From Gnetum montanum (lineage: Eukaryota; Plantae; Gnetophyta), in the NCBI GenBank assembly GCA_015680685.1, contig MNCI01003374.1:124001-188000 (forward strand): a stretch of 64,000 nucleotides of DNA. The letters are read 5' to 3'. The first letter of the stretch is position 1, and each line of letters begins with the position of its first letter. A program made the translations under genes and the position numbers. The notes beneath the pieces were generated by a model. That model worked only from the letters and a program-made list of their open reading frames with translations, did no database searches and was not told the DNA's origin. Shown piece after piece: positions 39,301 to 52,900 of this stretch.

Positions 39301-41099
39301 TTCAACTGGGAGATATGGTTCTCTATTGGAATCCACACATGATCAAATTCCAAACTTTGTGGGAAGGGCCTTATATAATTGATGAAACCTTTCCTTCTGG
39401 GGCCATGATCATATAAAAACTTGAAAGTTCAAACAAAAAGTAGTTGGTCAACATCCAACAAATAAGGCCTTTGCATGAGCCAAAGCAAGCGAGTGCAACA
39501 AATACCTTAATGGATGGGCAACCATGCTTAATTTTTTAGATCTCCTCCTTCGAACTTAGTTGTAGGGAAGATGGCCATTTGTGCTAACCATATATGTGGC
39601 TCCTTAGTTTTTTTATTTTTTGTTTTACACATTTTTTTCTTTGTAATTTATTTGTTTTACACCTTTTCATTTTAAATATTTTTCCTATTTTACACTAATT
39701 TTTTTTACACCATCGTTAGTACATTTAAATCTTTGTCAAATATTCTACACTTTATTAAATATTTTACTTTATTTTTAGTATGATTTTCTAATTTTTGCTA
39801 ATAAAGGTGCTTTGTGCCAATAGGACATAGTGTTGCTCTAGATGTTACTAATGGTGGTTTATGCTTAATGTTTTGTTTGCTAATGTTTGGTTTTTGTTTC
39901 TGAATTTTTGTACTAATGGCTAAGTCATGGTTTTCTTTTTCATGGAACAGGTAGTGAATCCACGACATCCACCCATCCACAAAATCTATGGTTTTCCTTA
40001 TTTTGAAAGTTTGAGGTCATTTTATTAAATAAACTTTTAATAAATTTGTGACCTTGGTAGTTTCCAGAATTGGGAAGGATTTAAAGGTTTTCATAAGATG
40101 TGACTTCCAAAGGACTCAATACTCTTTGCACTCTTCTACTTTCTCGAGTGCATGAGTGTTTTTATAGACTTCTTACTATTTCATGTTGACCACTAATAGG
40201 AAGTTGAATAAAGTCTTTGCATGGTGTGGTTCCCATCCAAAAAGAAAAAAATAATAATGAAAAAAATATGATGGGAATTCAAAGCACATTCCTTAGACAA
40301 ATAAATGGGCTACAAGCACTTGTTATGGGACTAGGAAGACATGTTACCCATGCTTGAAGGTTGCCTCTAACTAAGGCCCTCTCTAACTTCCTGCTTCTCT
40401 TTTCTTCTCTGTATGGAATGGTGGTTGTTTTGTGGGAGCACTATTGTGTCTTGAGGGGGTGGATTGGTCTTAGAGTGGCAATGTGAAGTATCTGAATGTG
40501 GTTGATTTTGGTTTGGACTGAGGATGGATCTTCTTAGGTCATTTAAACACAAATCCACAAGGGACTTCTTATGACCTCAATTCAGAATTCCATTCCAACT
40601 TCTCCATCATCTATCTATGCTACTTGTAACTTACCTCACTATCAGTGTCCATGTTCTTGATTCAGTGTCTTTGTTTAATGTATTTGAATTCTTGGTCAAA
40701 CTCTTATGGGTTTTGGTCCTTAACTTCCATCAACCATTAATTGCCTATGGGGTCGACGATCTCCTTAGGTTGAGGTTATACAAGGGAAAACAAGGTATGT
40801 GTCTACTATGGGGAGGATCCACTTACATATCTCTTGGTTGGGTTCATTAAGCACCTTATCCTTAGACATTATTGCAAATATAATCTTTCATACATCCATC
40901 GTCTACATCAAACCATGTGCTCCTTTACATATTTTATTATATACACACATGCACCATTAATTTTTTTAGCTTTTTAGCTTTCAAAGACCCTCTTTAATGA
41001 TTTCATCATATTCTTGGCTTTTCTAGAACTCCAGGGACTCTAAATTTATTCAAAAATTCATTGTATTTTTCTAAATATTCACAATTGAAGATTTTGTTT

Positions 41100-41196
41100 A
41101 TGGACCTCGTATATAGGGCCCCATTGATGGACCTGATATGTATACGAGGCCTTGTATACATGGCCCCATTGATGTAGTGGAAAGAATAGTATAAAT
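41100..41196 (+). promoter_or_regulatory. Putative internal promoter for the extra ORF (equivalent at 55572-55666)
   Basis: LTR-U3-like GGCCCCATTGAT repeats followed by TATAAAT (41190; 55660). Confidence 0.55.
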
Positions 41197-41644
41197 GTGT
41201 GACCCCTTAGAAATTTTTACATTTGCTCACAAACACCAAGGGAGTTTTTCAAATTTTTAGAGCCTAGAACATTCTAGAGCCCATAACGTCCTAACCATTT
41301 ATCCAAATCACTTTGCTATTCAACCTTGTAGCTACCAAAGGTAAGCTCTTAGTTGTGGGGGCCACAAATGTGCTATTTTTGATAGAAATATTTTCATCTT
41401 TTTTCTAACTCCCACAAAGGTTTAACTAAGAAATCAACATTTGAACACCAAATTACAGAAGTTAAACCCTTCCAAAGTGCTCCGGTGACACTTATAATGA
41501 AAATTAATTAATAAAATAAGAATAAAATAATTAATCTTCTATAGTCCAACCTTAGCCAAGTGTAACTAACTAACGAGATAAGGTACTCAAATATTCAAAG
41601 TCACATGTTATAATTACTAATCTATGGATGTGTCATGACTGTAG

Positions 41645-44372
41645 ATTACACTGAAAAAGAAGCACATGCAGGAAGGAGGACTATCTCAACAAAGGGAGAA
41701 ATGGCCAAGAATGGGAAGGTGCCTAGAACAAGCCTAGGAAGAATTTCTTACAACCCATGCCATGGGTTCTCTTAAGGAAGAGGCTAGGGTGGAATCTATT
41801 CATCAAATTCAAGAACCACCAGCAGTAATAGAACATTCCCATCAGGATGAGGCACTAACTCAACAATCAAACCTTGAGGTGACCTTGATAGAAGCTTGCC
41901 TATATCAAATCAGATCAAGGGAGGTCTAAAAAATAGTGCTTTAGGAGTTAAAATTTGGCCCCTTCCTAGAGCAAGCACTTAAAGAAGTACAGGACTAACT
42001 AAAGACCTCTCCCATGTGGCTAATTATCACTTCCACTAGAGAGTGGTATATGGGAGAGACATTCTTATTTTGGAACAACAAACAAGCCAGTTCAATGGTT
42101 AAAATCAAGGACATCTCAGTGTCCTACTCACTGTAGGCCATTGCTAAAGTGCTTGGGTTGCTAGATATAGGGGTGAATCTTGTTGAGACTCCAATGTTGG
42201 TAGACCCTAGCATCAAATAGGAATGGATGCGATAGTGCTATGGTATCAACCTCAAGGAGTTTTGCATTCTTACACTAGTAGAAAGGATCTACTACAAGAT
42301 TGTGGCCTTCTACTTAAAGCCTACACTGATCTATTTAGAGATGGAGAAGTGATTTAAAGAAAATGAATGTGGAAGAAAGACACTCCCCTTTCCATGCCTC
42401 ATTACATAACTCTATCAAAGTGGAGGGATATTTCGTTATATAAATGATGCTATCAGGCATGATCCAATTGCTAATTAGATGGAGATGATGAAAGGAAAAA
42501 TGCCTATAATGACCATTCAAGAAGAGGAGTAGCAGCCACAACCTCCACATGCCACTTAAAAAACTATGTCAAACATCATTGAAATAGCCTAATGGTTGCA
42601 CAAATATTAAAAATGGCTCTTCAGCGAACAAGAGTGACAAGTAGGCATGAGTGGTGGGGATCCATCTATGTACCAACTAACGATGAGTCACCTAAATGAG
42701 GTGGCCCAAATAGTTAGCCTGATGGGGGAAGGTGGATCTATTTTCTTGGCCCAACGAATGTAGTTGTTTGCAAGGTTGAGTCCTAATGCTAGAGAGGTTA
42801 TGATATCTTTTGCAAAATAACAACCACTCCCAAAAATCTCTAGGAATGCCATGACCTTCTCGATGCACTTAGAGGAAGGCAAGGAACCAATAGTATTGAT
42901 GATGTTGCACCAAGGGCAGGAGACAACAATAGAGGTGGTTGTTGATAGAATTGTCAAAAAACTCAATGCACTTATGGTGTTTGTACTAGACATCATTGCA
43001 CTCAAAGATGTGTATACATTTGCAAGAATCATAAGTAGCAAAGTAAGCACAACCTAACATGAAGAATTGTTGGATTGGATGGTGGGAACTGGGCGACTAC
43101 TTCCAGATGTCTTTGATCTTCTGAATAGTATTGCTGCAACCTAGTTGAAGTTGCTAGAGGTAAGGGGAAAAACATCATCTTGGAAGAGAAACTTGAAACA
43201 ACCAAGTATTTGAATGAACACTTAGTTGTTAAAGTTACTAAATCAAGAATCCAAATTACCGACCCTACATTTCTCAACCATCATTGACAAAAGATGAAGC
43301 TCTTGAATGGCACAAAATTCATAAGGCCTTGGATTTGACCTACTAGGAGAATGTGCAACTGATTGTAGAAAACCATCACCTATGAAATGTTGATGAGCAT
43401 AAACAAAAATTGATCGACTTTATCCATAAACAAGAGCAATGAGCTAGAGTGAACATAGAGCTAAGGAGATTGGTAGTTGAAAATAGAAACCTCTTCATGG
43501 AGGAGATTCATACCCTTCGCTACAAGACTGCAATAGAGGTAGTCACTTGGAAATCAGAGGCTCTCAAATATGAGAGAGTCAAAGATCATTACAAAGATCA
43601 GGTCGGTCTATAGAAAGAAGTTAATGAAAAGCACATCTAGTTGGCGAAGGCAAAAGTAAATAAAACCTTCCAGCAACTCTAGCAAGGAAGAGAAGTTTGA
43701 CAACCTATTGTTGATGGGATATATGCTTACAATAAGGTAGAAATACACATGAAGGAGTTGTAGATTGAGGAGATGAAAAAATATATGGAACTTGCTAATC
43801 TCTGATATGCAAATTTGGCTATGTTGACTGCCAAAAAGCTACAGTTAAAATTGGAGAAGCAAGTGGCCAGCTTGTACTTGTTGTACGAGGCTGAGTTCAA
43901 GCATCATAAGGACACCAAGCAAAAGCTTGCAGTGGTAAATGTAGAACTTGAGGTTCTCAAGGGTAAACACATTGATTAGAGATCTATTGTTGAGAACTTA
44001 GCCAAAAGGATGAATGACTACCAGGAGTTATAAAACATAGGCAGGGCATGCAATGTTGAATGTAAACAATTCACTGCTTGGTTTGTCAACATTAAGAAGT
44101 TATTATTAGTAATGCCCTATTTGTGAGATATACCCATTCTAGCCCACATTGGTGATGCTGTGTGGACTATGAATGATCCTTAAAGTAAGAAGGAGAAGAT
44201 GAAGGCATTACTAGATACCTTTTTCCTTCCACTAGAGGTTGTAGCCATAGTAGAATAGCCACAACTGCCTCAACCACCACACATACCCATAGCCAACGAA
44301 GGTCCTTCAAAACCTTAAGAACCTCCACCACCTAGGACTATCTAACCTTCACAACTGCCTTCATGCCATTAG
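41645..44372 (+). pseudogene. Athila-like extra 3' ORF ('env-like'; Transposase_32-like + coiled coil), degraded
   Basis: SPMWLIITSTREWY..VKIKDISVSYSL*AIAKVLGL then a long E/K/L-rich region; homologous to 56117-58860. Confidence 0.75.
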
Positions 44373-44591
44373 AGGATGTGCTATCTAGTTTTGAGTAGTC
44401 ATGTCATGGTGTTCAATTTTGTGTCATGAACACCATAATTTTTTGTAATCTTGTTGATTTGTACACTTGGGCATTAGTTTTGTCAAGTTAGTTAAGTATG
44501 TTAAGAGTTAGTCAATAATTGCATAGCTTTCCAATTTTGTACAATTTTGTAAAGGAACTCGAGGATGAGTTTTCATTTAGTCATGGGGGTA

Positions 44592-45522
44592 TGATGAATT
44601 TTCATTATGTCATGTTGATGGGGCCCCATCGACATAACCCCATCTACATGATGTTGCCTCATTGATGGGGCCACATTGACGTAGCATTTGCTACATCTAT
44701 GGGGCCCCGTCAATGTAGCTCTTGAATAGAGTCTATAAATACATGCTCATTAGCCATGTTTATGGGATACTTGGTGATAGTTGTAGCAAAGCTCTTGTAG
44801 TTTTGTCATTTGAAAGTTAGAATATTTCTCTAAGTGCCCACAGCAGGAGTAAGAAAGTGTATAGGTCTTTATTCAAGCACTATTGTACCTGAACACACTA
44901 GTGTGAATACCAATAAAGATGAGCCTTTTGATCAAACCTTGCAACACCTGGAATAGATTAATGATTCATTTGTGCATTTATTGTTTTCATTAATCATGCA
45001 ATTAATTAAGATAAATTAGATTTCAAATGATTAGTTAATTAATTAAGCCAAATAGATTAAACACATAAGTATGACCACTTCGAGTGTAAACATGTGTTCG
45101 CTTGGTAATCCTAGTAGAGTTATTACTTAGTTCGCCTGGTAGCATAACGCTTGGTAACCTTAGTAGTGGATATGTGGGTTCAAGATGTGTATAGAAAGTT
45201 AGACCAGATGCTTATGTTAGAACTAGTTAGAGATTAGTTAATTAGTTAAATTAATTTAGTTATTAAATTACTTCATTTCTCTATTTTAAGTACTAGGAAC
45301 ATAAAACATAAAATAATAAAAATCATATGCCTCAATTACACTTAATCATACCATGTGCATCAAAAGTGTAATTGAGAAGACAATGAATGACTATTAGGGA
45401 AAAGTTCACTTCCTAGAAGAATAGTGTACCAAAAGACATAGAGTTTGCCGAATTTGATCGGATTGCACATGAACACTTCGTGATTTGTATGGTTGGATGT
45501 AGGGGTACCTTGACTGCTCACA
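44592..45522 (+). repeat. 3' LTR
   Basis: TGATGAATT...CTCACA, follows CATGGGGGTA PPT-like tract and is followed by the TSD. Confidence 0.95.
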
Positions 45523-46903
45523 CCTTGCTTCTGAAATTCTTTAGAAATTTACTGTAGTAGCTTGGTAACTTGAAAGAATCAAGTATCCTACCAAATATAA
45601 TCCAAGTTATCAATAAATAAAGATGTTAATCCATCTTTGGTAGTCATTTTAACATAATTTGTGAACTAAAGTTTTGATGAATACCATTCATGAGCATCAC
45701 CTATTTCTAAATTCAAAAATTCAACTTATCTATTGATGAGTCAAAGTAGGTGTAATATACATGAGCTAATGGAATGGTAGGATTAATTGACGAAAACATC
45801 ATGTTCAAATCTAACTCCTGATCAAAAGGATTTTTCATACATCCATATTTCAAGAATTGATGAACATCCATATTTCAAGGATGAATGGTACTAGGTTAGA
45901 ATTAGTATAAGATAAAAATAGCTTATTCTTTAGCTTTTCTTAATCTAATTGGCTCTATAAGATACTTGATAAATTATAACATCTAAACATGTTAGATTAG
46001 TGATCAAATATGTATTGACTACACATACACACTTTCTTAACGACAACATCCTTAATACCAATACTATGAAAACATAACTTTGAAACCTTGATTGTTCTTT
46101 CCTACCCATGATTTGGAGATTTGGAATTTTGAAAATCATGTCTTCTAAATTGCATTCAAACCTTTTTACTAACTTGAACATGAATTTTTTTGTAGAATAT
46201 TACATAACCATTTATGTTGTGGTTCTTATAGTAGGCTAGTCTATATGGTTCAAAAGAGGAAACATTATAAGAACCTTTTTACTATGTTTTAATATCATAA
46301 CTTTCTTTAATTAGGTTAGAATTGGTACATAAATTCCCATGGTAGGACCTCTTATAGAAAAAGAAAATCAACATTCAAGCTTTATAATTTTGTAAGGATA
46401 CTTAGGTATTAGTACATGTGCTAGTAAAAGGCCTAAGATAGACATGTAGGATGTTGCCTTTTATTACCTAAAGTCCTTGTAAGCATATTGTATGTTATTT
46501 TCATACATATTCATGAGTTCTATCTTGAATCATTCTCCTTCACGAATATCATATCCCTTGTTGAAACATAGTTATGATTCTTCATGATGGTTGATTTTTG
46601 CTTGATGTGTCTTAATGCTTATTAAATTAGGTATAATTCTCATTTCATTGTTATTTTATAAATTGATTCTTTAACCACTCTATATAATGGTTTATCTTCT
46701 ACTATTTATGAGATTACTACCCTTTTTAGAACATTAACTTTGAGAATGTGAAAGATTACAAACTAGGGATCACTAACCTAGGTTTTGTTTTACAGCTCAT
46801 TTACCTAGTATTTGAGTCTCTATATGGGAAGGGTATGCATCTAAATTCCCCTTCATAGGATTGAATACTATTTAAATATTGGTTATTTATAGGTTTTCCT
46901 TCT

Positions 46904-49900
46904 TGATGAGTCAACAAAATTTTCCTGTGTTGACAAGATCCTGTCGATAGGCTCCTGTCACTGCGATTGCGTCAATGCATGGTTTGCCATGTTGACGCAT
47001 ATGCATCAACGTAGTGTTTGTTTTTGCTTATAAACATGCATGCATCCACTACATTTATAACATCCAAACATTAGTTGCTAGTGGAAATCTTACATTTTTA
47101 TCTTCTCAGAGATAGAATATTTTCTAAGTGCCTATAGTAGGAGTGAGAAGTGTACAGAGCATTGATGTACTTGAGTACCTCAGTGTGAACGGAAATAAAG
47201 ATGAGCTTTCTTCATAAACCTTGTAGCACTTGGATTTAGCTTAATGTTTAATTCATGAATTTATTATTCATGATATTTACTTTAATGAATTTGATTAATT
47301 ACTTAATTTTAGATAAATAACACACATAAGTACAACCACTTCAAGCATACATTAATGCTTGGTAAACCTAGTAGCACCTAATGCTTGATAACCTAGTAGC
47401 ATTGCAACGTGTTCAGGATGTGTATGGAAAGTGGAAGTACATTAGTTAAGTATTAGTTATTTATTAGGTTAATTAAACATTTCATTACTTTATCTTTAGC
47501 ACTTAGGTGAATTAGTGAAAAACAAAAAATGATAATATTCATCTGCCGTAGTTACACTTAATCATAACTTTACACTTCATAAGTGAAAATGAGAAGACAA
47601 TGATCACATACATTAGATTTACTACTTAGTCTCAGTGTACTTAGAGAGCTAAATTCTATGGAATTTGATCGAATCACTTATAGAATGCTAGTGATTTATA
47701 TGATTGGGTGTAGGGATTACTGGTTGCTCATCATTGATGCCATTGCTGGGGACTTTAGTTAGCTACATGCACTAGCTAGGAGTTAGTAAAATTATATAAT
47801 GACATTATAATGAACCCAAAAATCAATATCATTAAAGAAATAATAATAACAACAAGAGTACACTATTTTTCTTTCGATCTAATATGGCTTCTTCTCATAG
47901 GGGAGATTCTTTGTCACCATATGAAGGTGGTTCCAATCACCAAAGGTGTGAAGGGTCAAAACCACATGTGCCGTAGCAATGTAGAGTGCTCTATACTCAT
48001 CTAGATGAGTATGTTCTATACTTTACCTTCATCTTGCACTAGGATGAATAGTTTTGGTGGAGGGACATGGAGGATAACATTGTGTTGCCACCTAATCAAT
48101 TAGTTCCTATGATGCTGCTTCACACTCTCATTATATTGGACATTGTAGGCCTCAATGTAGATTACATTATGTAGGACCATGACTATTGGGATTATCATCC
48201 CACTAAGACACAATAGAAGAAAGATTGGTAGTAGGAGGTTTGCTATGAGTCATCAAAGGGAAAATGGTTCACAAAACTCTTGTTCCTACTTAACCAAAAG
48301 GAAGGAGAGGATCCCTTCTTAGGGGGTTCTCACAACACTGACTCTCCTCCCCTTTTCTTTGATGAGGGGACCCTTAACTAGAATTTGTAGTCAACTATAA
48401 ACAACCTTGGTTTAGGGAAGAATGAATCCCATGACCATGGGGGTTCCAAAGAAGGGAGTCAAGGCAGGAGAATGGAAAAGCACCACGATCAACATAAACA
48501 TGGTGATTATGGCCATGACCAATGAAGAGGGAGTAGTAAACACCATTCTGGTGCTAGTCCTCCTTCCTCTTTGCCTTCAATGTTATCATGTTCTTCCTCC
48601 TCTAGCTTCAACCAAAGTCGCAAAGAATGAGATCATGATGCAAGTGATTGACAAGACAAAGATGATTGTAGGGCCTGCTAGACCAGTATAGATCAAGGGT
48701 GTGGGCAATCAAGGGAGGTCCATCATCATGAACAAAGGGACAGTAGGGGACATCATAGGCATCATGGTTATCACAGGGGTTATGACTATGATGAGCCTTT
48801 GCTTGCATTGAGAAATATGTTAAACATTGTAGAGGTCATGAGAATTCCAATAAGATATGTGAAAGATAGTAGAATCAAATGATTGGACATGAACAATATT
48901 CCCATGTTTAAAGGGGGATGCAATTTTGATCCACAAAATCATCTCCAAGCCTTTCATGATGTTTGTGCCTTATAGAATGTTGAAAATATATGGCAAAAAT
49001 TGAAAATTTTCCCTAGGATACTCATTAAGGAGGTTGAAAGTTGGTATTGGTCCTTAAAACTGAAATCAATTAGATGATGGAGTAAGATACTTGAACTCTT
49101 CAATGACAAGTATCAAACATACTCTTGAGTGTCTAATCTAAGGAAATAGATTTAAGGGTGGAGATAAGGAACACATGAATCCTTGGATGTGGACATTGGT
49201 AGATATTACTCTTTGTTGCATAGAAGCCCAAGTCATGGATTTTCTCAAAGGGAGTAGCTTCGCCATATCATAGATGGGTTTAGAATAGAAACAAGGAGAA
49301 ATCTTGGGATTTATGCCCAAGGAGGACTTTCAAAACTAAAAGCTCATCAAATCCAAAGGTTGATCGAGCAAGTGGCCAAAGAAGGAGACAAGTTGAAAAA
49401 AAGGAAAGGTGCAAAGGGGTACAATAAGGATCCTTCCATCCGAAAAAAGAAGGTTTGATTTTGTGACATCTAGGAGAAGGCATCACTTGATGAAGTGGTG
49501 CAATGTAGGACCTTGTCAATACAAAAATCTATTTTGGAAATATTGGCTAAGGTAGATAAAATGTGGGATTCTTTGGATGAGAAGTTCCAAACTACCCTTA
49601 GAATTGTTGAAGAGTCCATAGAACAAGGTAGTGGTCATGATTGAAGGAGAATGAAGGAAGTTGAATGTGTTCATCAAAGGGATATGGGCAAAGTGACTGC
49701 TATTAAAGAGGTTGCACAATCTGAAATAGATGATGATGGTAGGTGTGACATCTACAAATGTAAACATCCTAAGGGATGTTGCCCTATTGTGTCACACTTG
49801 TAGGAGTCTAGTGTACATGTTAAATATTAGATTGGTAAGAAGGAAAGAACCCAGGAGGTTACCTTACCCTCAAGGCAACTACAGGTAGTCTACCAACAAC

Positions 49901-52900
49901 AAGCCTAATATCCAAGTGGAGCTCCACCCCAACCATGAGTAGTACTAGTAATGGTAGCACTCACAGTCATGGGGGATGCCACCACCAAGGTAGTAGTACC
50001 CTTACCAGTAACCAGATCCATATGGGTACTATTTTTAGCAATTGATTTCTCTACGTGATGCTTCCAATCATGCCTCTTTCCAATACCACTACTACCCTAC
50101 TGGGTATTACAGAGCTTAATCTCCAAGAGGAGAATCTCCATTTACTTATTATTCTCCTCATATTTTTGCACTTGTACCTTTACCCTTAACTTAATTGCCA
50201 TCAGCTCCATCTATGCAGGGTGAAATTCTAATCCAACCACAGTAAAGAAATGCCACAAGGGTTGTTAACTTACAGTTAGCTTTCTAGCCAAGTGGTTTAG
50301 AAAATAAGGCACAAAAAATACATTTTTTTGAACCAGAAATCCTTCTAAGCCCTCACAGACACTTGTAGCTAATGACCTTGCTTTTCCCTCATCCTTTGCA
50401 ACCCCATTCGAGATCCCTTCAAATCAAACACCTCCTAAGGCCCACACTGTAATGTTGATCCAAGTAATCACCAATTAATTATAGGCTAGGAACCTTCCTA
50501 GGAAAAGATATGACCTTGGGAGTTCTCTAATCTACTTGCAAATTGTTGGGAATAAGCCATGCATGAATCTTCTAGACTCAAGTTCTGGTGTGAATTTGAT
50601 TTCCCATGAAATGTATAAAGCTTGGAACCTACCTCCTCTTAAGAAGAACAACATTCATCTTGAGTTGGTAGATCAATCCATCACTATTCCCTTTGGATTG
50701 GTAAAGGACATTATGACTACTATTTATGGATGGTCATATCCTGCTAATTTCCTAATGATTAGAGTTGACAACTACAAGGGGAACTTCCCAATCATCATGG
50801 GAAGGGCTTGGCTAAGTACAATAGATGCATGGCTGGGAATTAGAGACCTCTTCTTGAAAATTTTCAAGGAAAATGATTTTGGAAAGATCGAGAGGAATTG
50901 CATTCCATGCATTACGTATAGTGATATAGGATGCCACTACATGCAGAAATTATGATATGTGAAAAGCACAACAATCACAACATGTAGGCAGTGTACAAAT
51001 GTCATAGAGATCCAAAGGTGCCTTTACGCAATAACCAAAAAATAGAAGGACACCCAGTGGATGATTGTTAAACTGGAAAGTAGCTCAACCCTATGCATGG
51101 AACAAACTAAGAGCCTTACAAGTGCCTACATCGAAGGCATGGATGAGATGGAGAAAATCCATAGCCAACTCTCTAATGAACCAGATGAAACTAATTGGGG
51201 AGAGTTAGAAATCCCTAAAAGTTTTAGACATGAGCCCCTTAAGTTAAGAACTCTACCGGTTGAAATGAAATATGTTTTCTTGAAAAATGACAACCCAATT
51301 ATTATCAATGCCAACCTTACTTCTACATAGAAAAAGAAGGTATTGGAGGTGGTCAACAAATGGCTAACAGCCTTTGTTTGATCATATCCTAAACTCATTG
51401 GAATTAATCCTAGAATATGCCAACACCACATCTACAGATATCCTTCCATTAAACCAAAGAGGCAGCTGCAGCGGTGGTTGAACTTTAAATTGAAGCATAT
51501 CATGAAAGAGGAGATTGAAAAACTCCTCAAGTTGGGGTTCATCTATCCCATTGTACATAGAAACTAGGTTAGTCCACTTGTGATAATGCCAAAGAAAGAT
51601 GGTAAATGGAGGATCTGCATCGATCTCAGGCTGTTGAACATGGCAACATACAATGATTATTTTCTATTGCCATTTATGGACCTAGTGTTGGATACCATTT
51701 CTAGGCATTAATACTACAGCTTTTTGAATGGTTATAGTGGTTATAACCAAATTTAGATTTCCCTAGCAGATCAAGCCAAAACAACATTCATGAGTCCTTA
51801 GGGGACTTTCACATATAGAAAGATGCCATTTAGCTTATGCAATGTCCCTGCCACATTCCAATGCCTTATCCTGAGCATTTTCCAATAGTAGATTTGTAGC
51901 AGGGTGGAAGTCTTCATGAATAACTTTTTCACCTATGGGGCTACATTTGAGAAAGCCTTGGATCATCTTGAGAAAGTGCTAAAAAGGTGCATAGAGATAA
52001 ACCTTAAGATCAATTGGTAGAAAATCCACTTGATGGTCCATGAAGGCATTGTGTTGGGGCATAGAATTCAAGAAAGGAATCAAGGTGGACCTTGAAAAAA
52101 TAAGGGTCATGCAAGGAATTACTAGACAGCTAGAAATAGTTAAAGATATGAGGTTATTCCTTACTCACACTAGCTTCTACTGACAATTCATTAAGAATTT
52201 GTCTAAGATTACCAGATCATTGGTGGAGTTGACAAAGAAGAATGCTTTGTTTGTTTGGACTATGGAATGCGATTGTGAATTCCAGTAACTCAAGCAGAAG
52301 CTCATAGAAACTCCAATTCTATAAGCACATAATTGGTTTAGGCCCTTCCACATCATGAAAGATGCATCCAATTATGCCTTGGGAGTTATGCTCCATAGTT
52401 GGACAATTAGAAACATCCTTACTAAATTCACTATGCAAGTAGAAGCATTATAGATGCATAGCTAAACTACACCACAATGGAGAAAGAATTGATGGTAGTG
52501 GCATTTACCTTGGAAAAATTTAGGCACTATGTACTTGGGTACAAGGTGTTTGTGCACATAAAGCACAGTGTAATCTAGTTCCTAATGAATAAGTCAATGG
52601 TGAGTTCCCATCTTATATAGTGGTTGGTGATCTTATGGGAATTTGATCTCATGATGGTAGATTAAAAGGAAATCGAGAATGTCATTGTTGATCACTTGTC
52701 TTGGTCGAGATGGGACAACAAAGAGGAGGAGAGCCCACTTTCAGATTAGTTTCCTGATAAACTCTACTTTGTTGAGGCTATAACTAAATAAGTTCCCATT
52801 GAACCTAACTAGTACAATGGCATTCTCACCTATCTTCTCACTTAGGAGATGCTTGAAGAGTGGGGCAATAAGAAGAAATAACAGTTTCTTCATAAGGTCA

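Larger units (their letters stand above)
32362..45522 (+). mobile_element. Full-length degenerate Athila-like Ty3/Gypsy LTR retrotransposon (13.2 kb)
   Basis: Paired LTRs, TSD CCTTG (32357-32361 and 45523-45527), Asp-type PBS TGGTCCCATTGCCGAGGA, gag/protease (FLDSG)/RT (VFMDDFS)/RNase H/integrase (CGGHYAG) about 33470-39480, extra ORF, PPT before 3' LTR. Confidence 0.96.
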
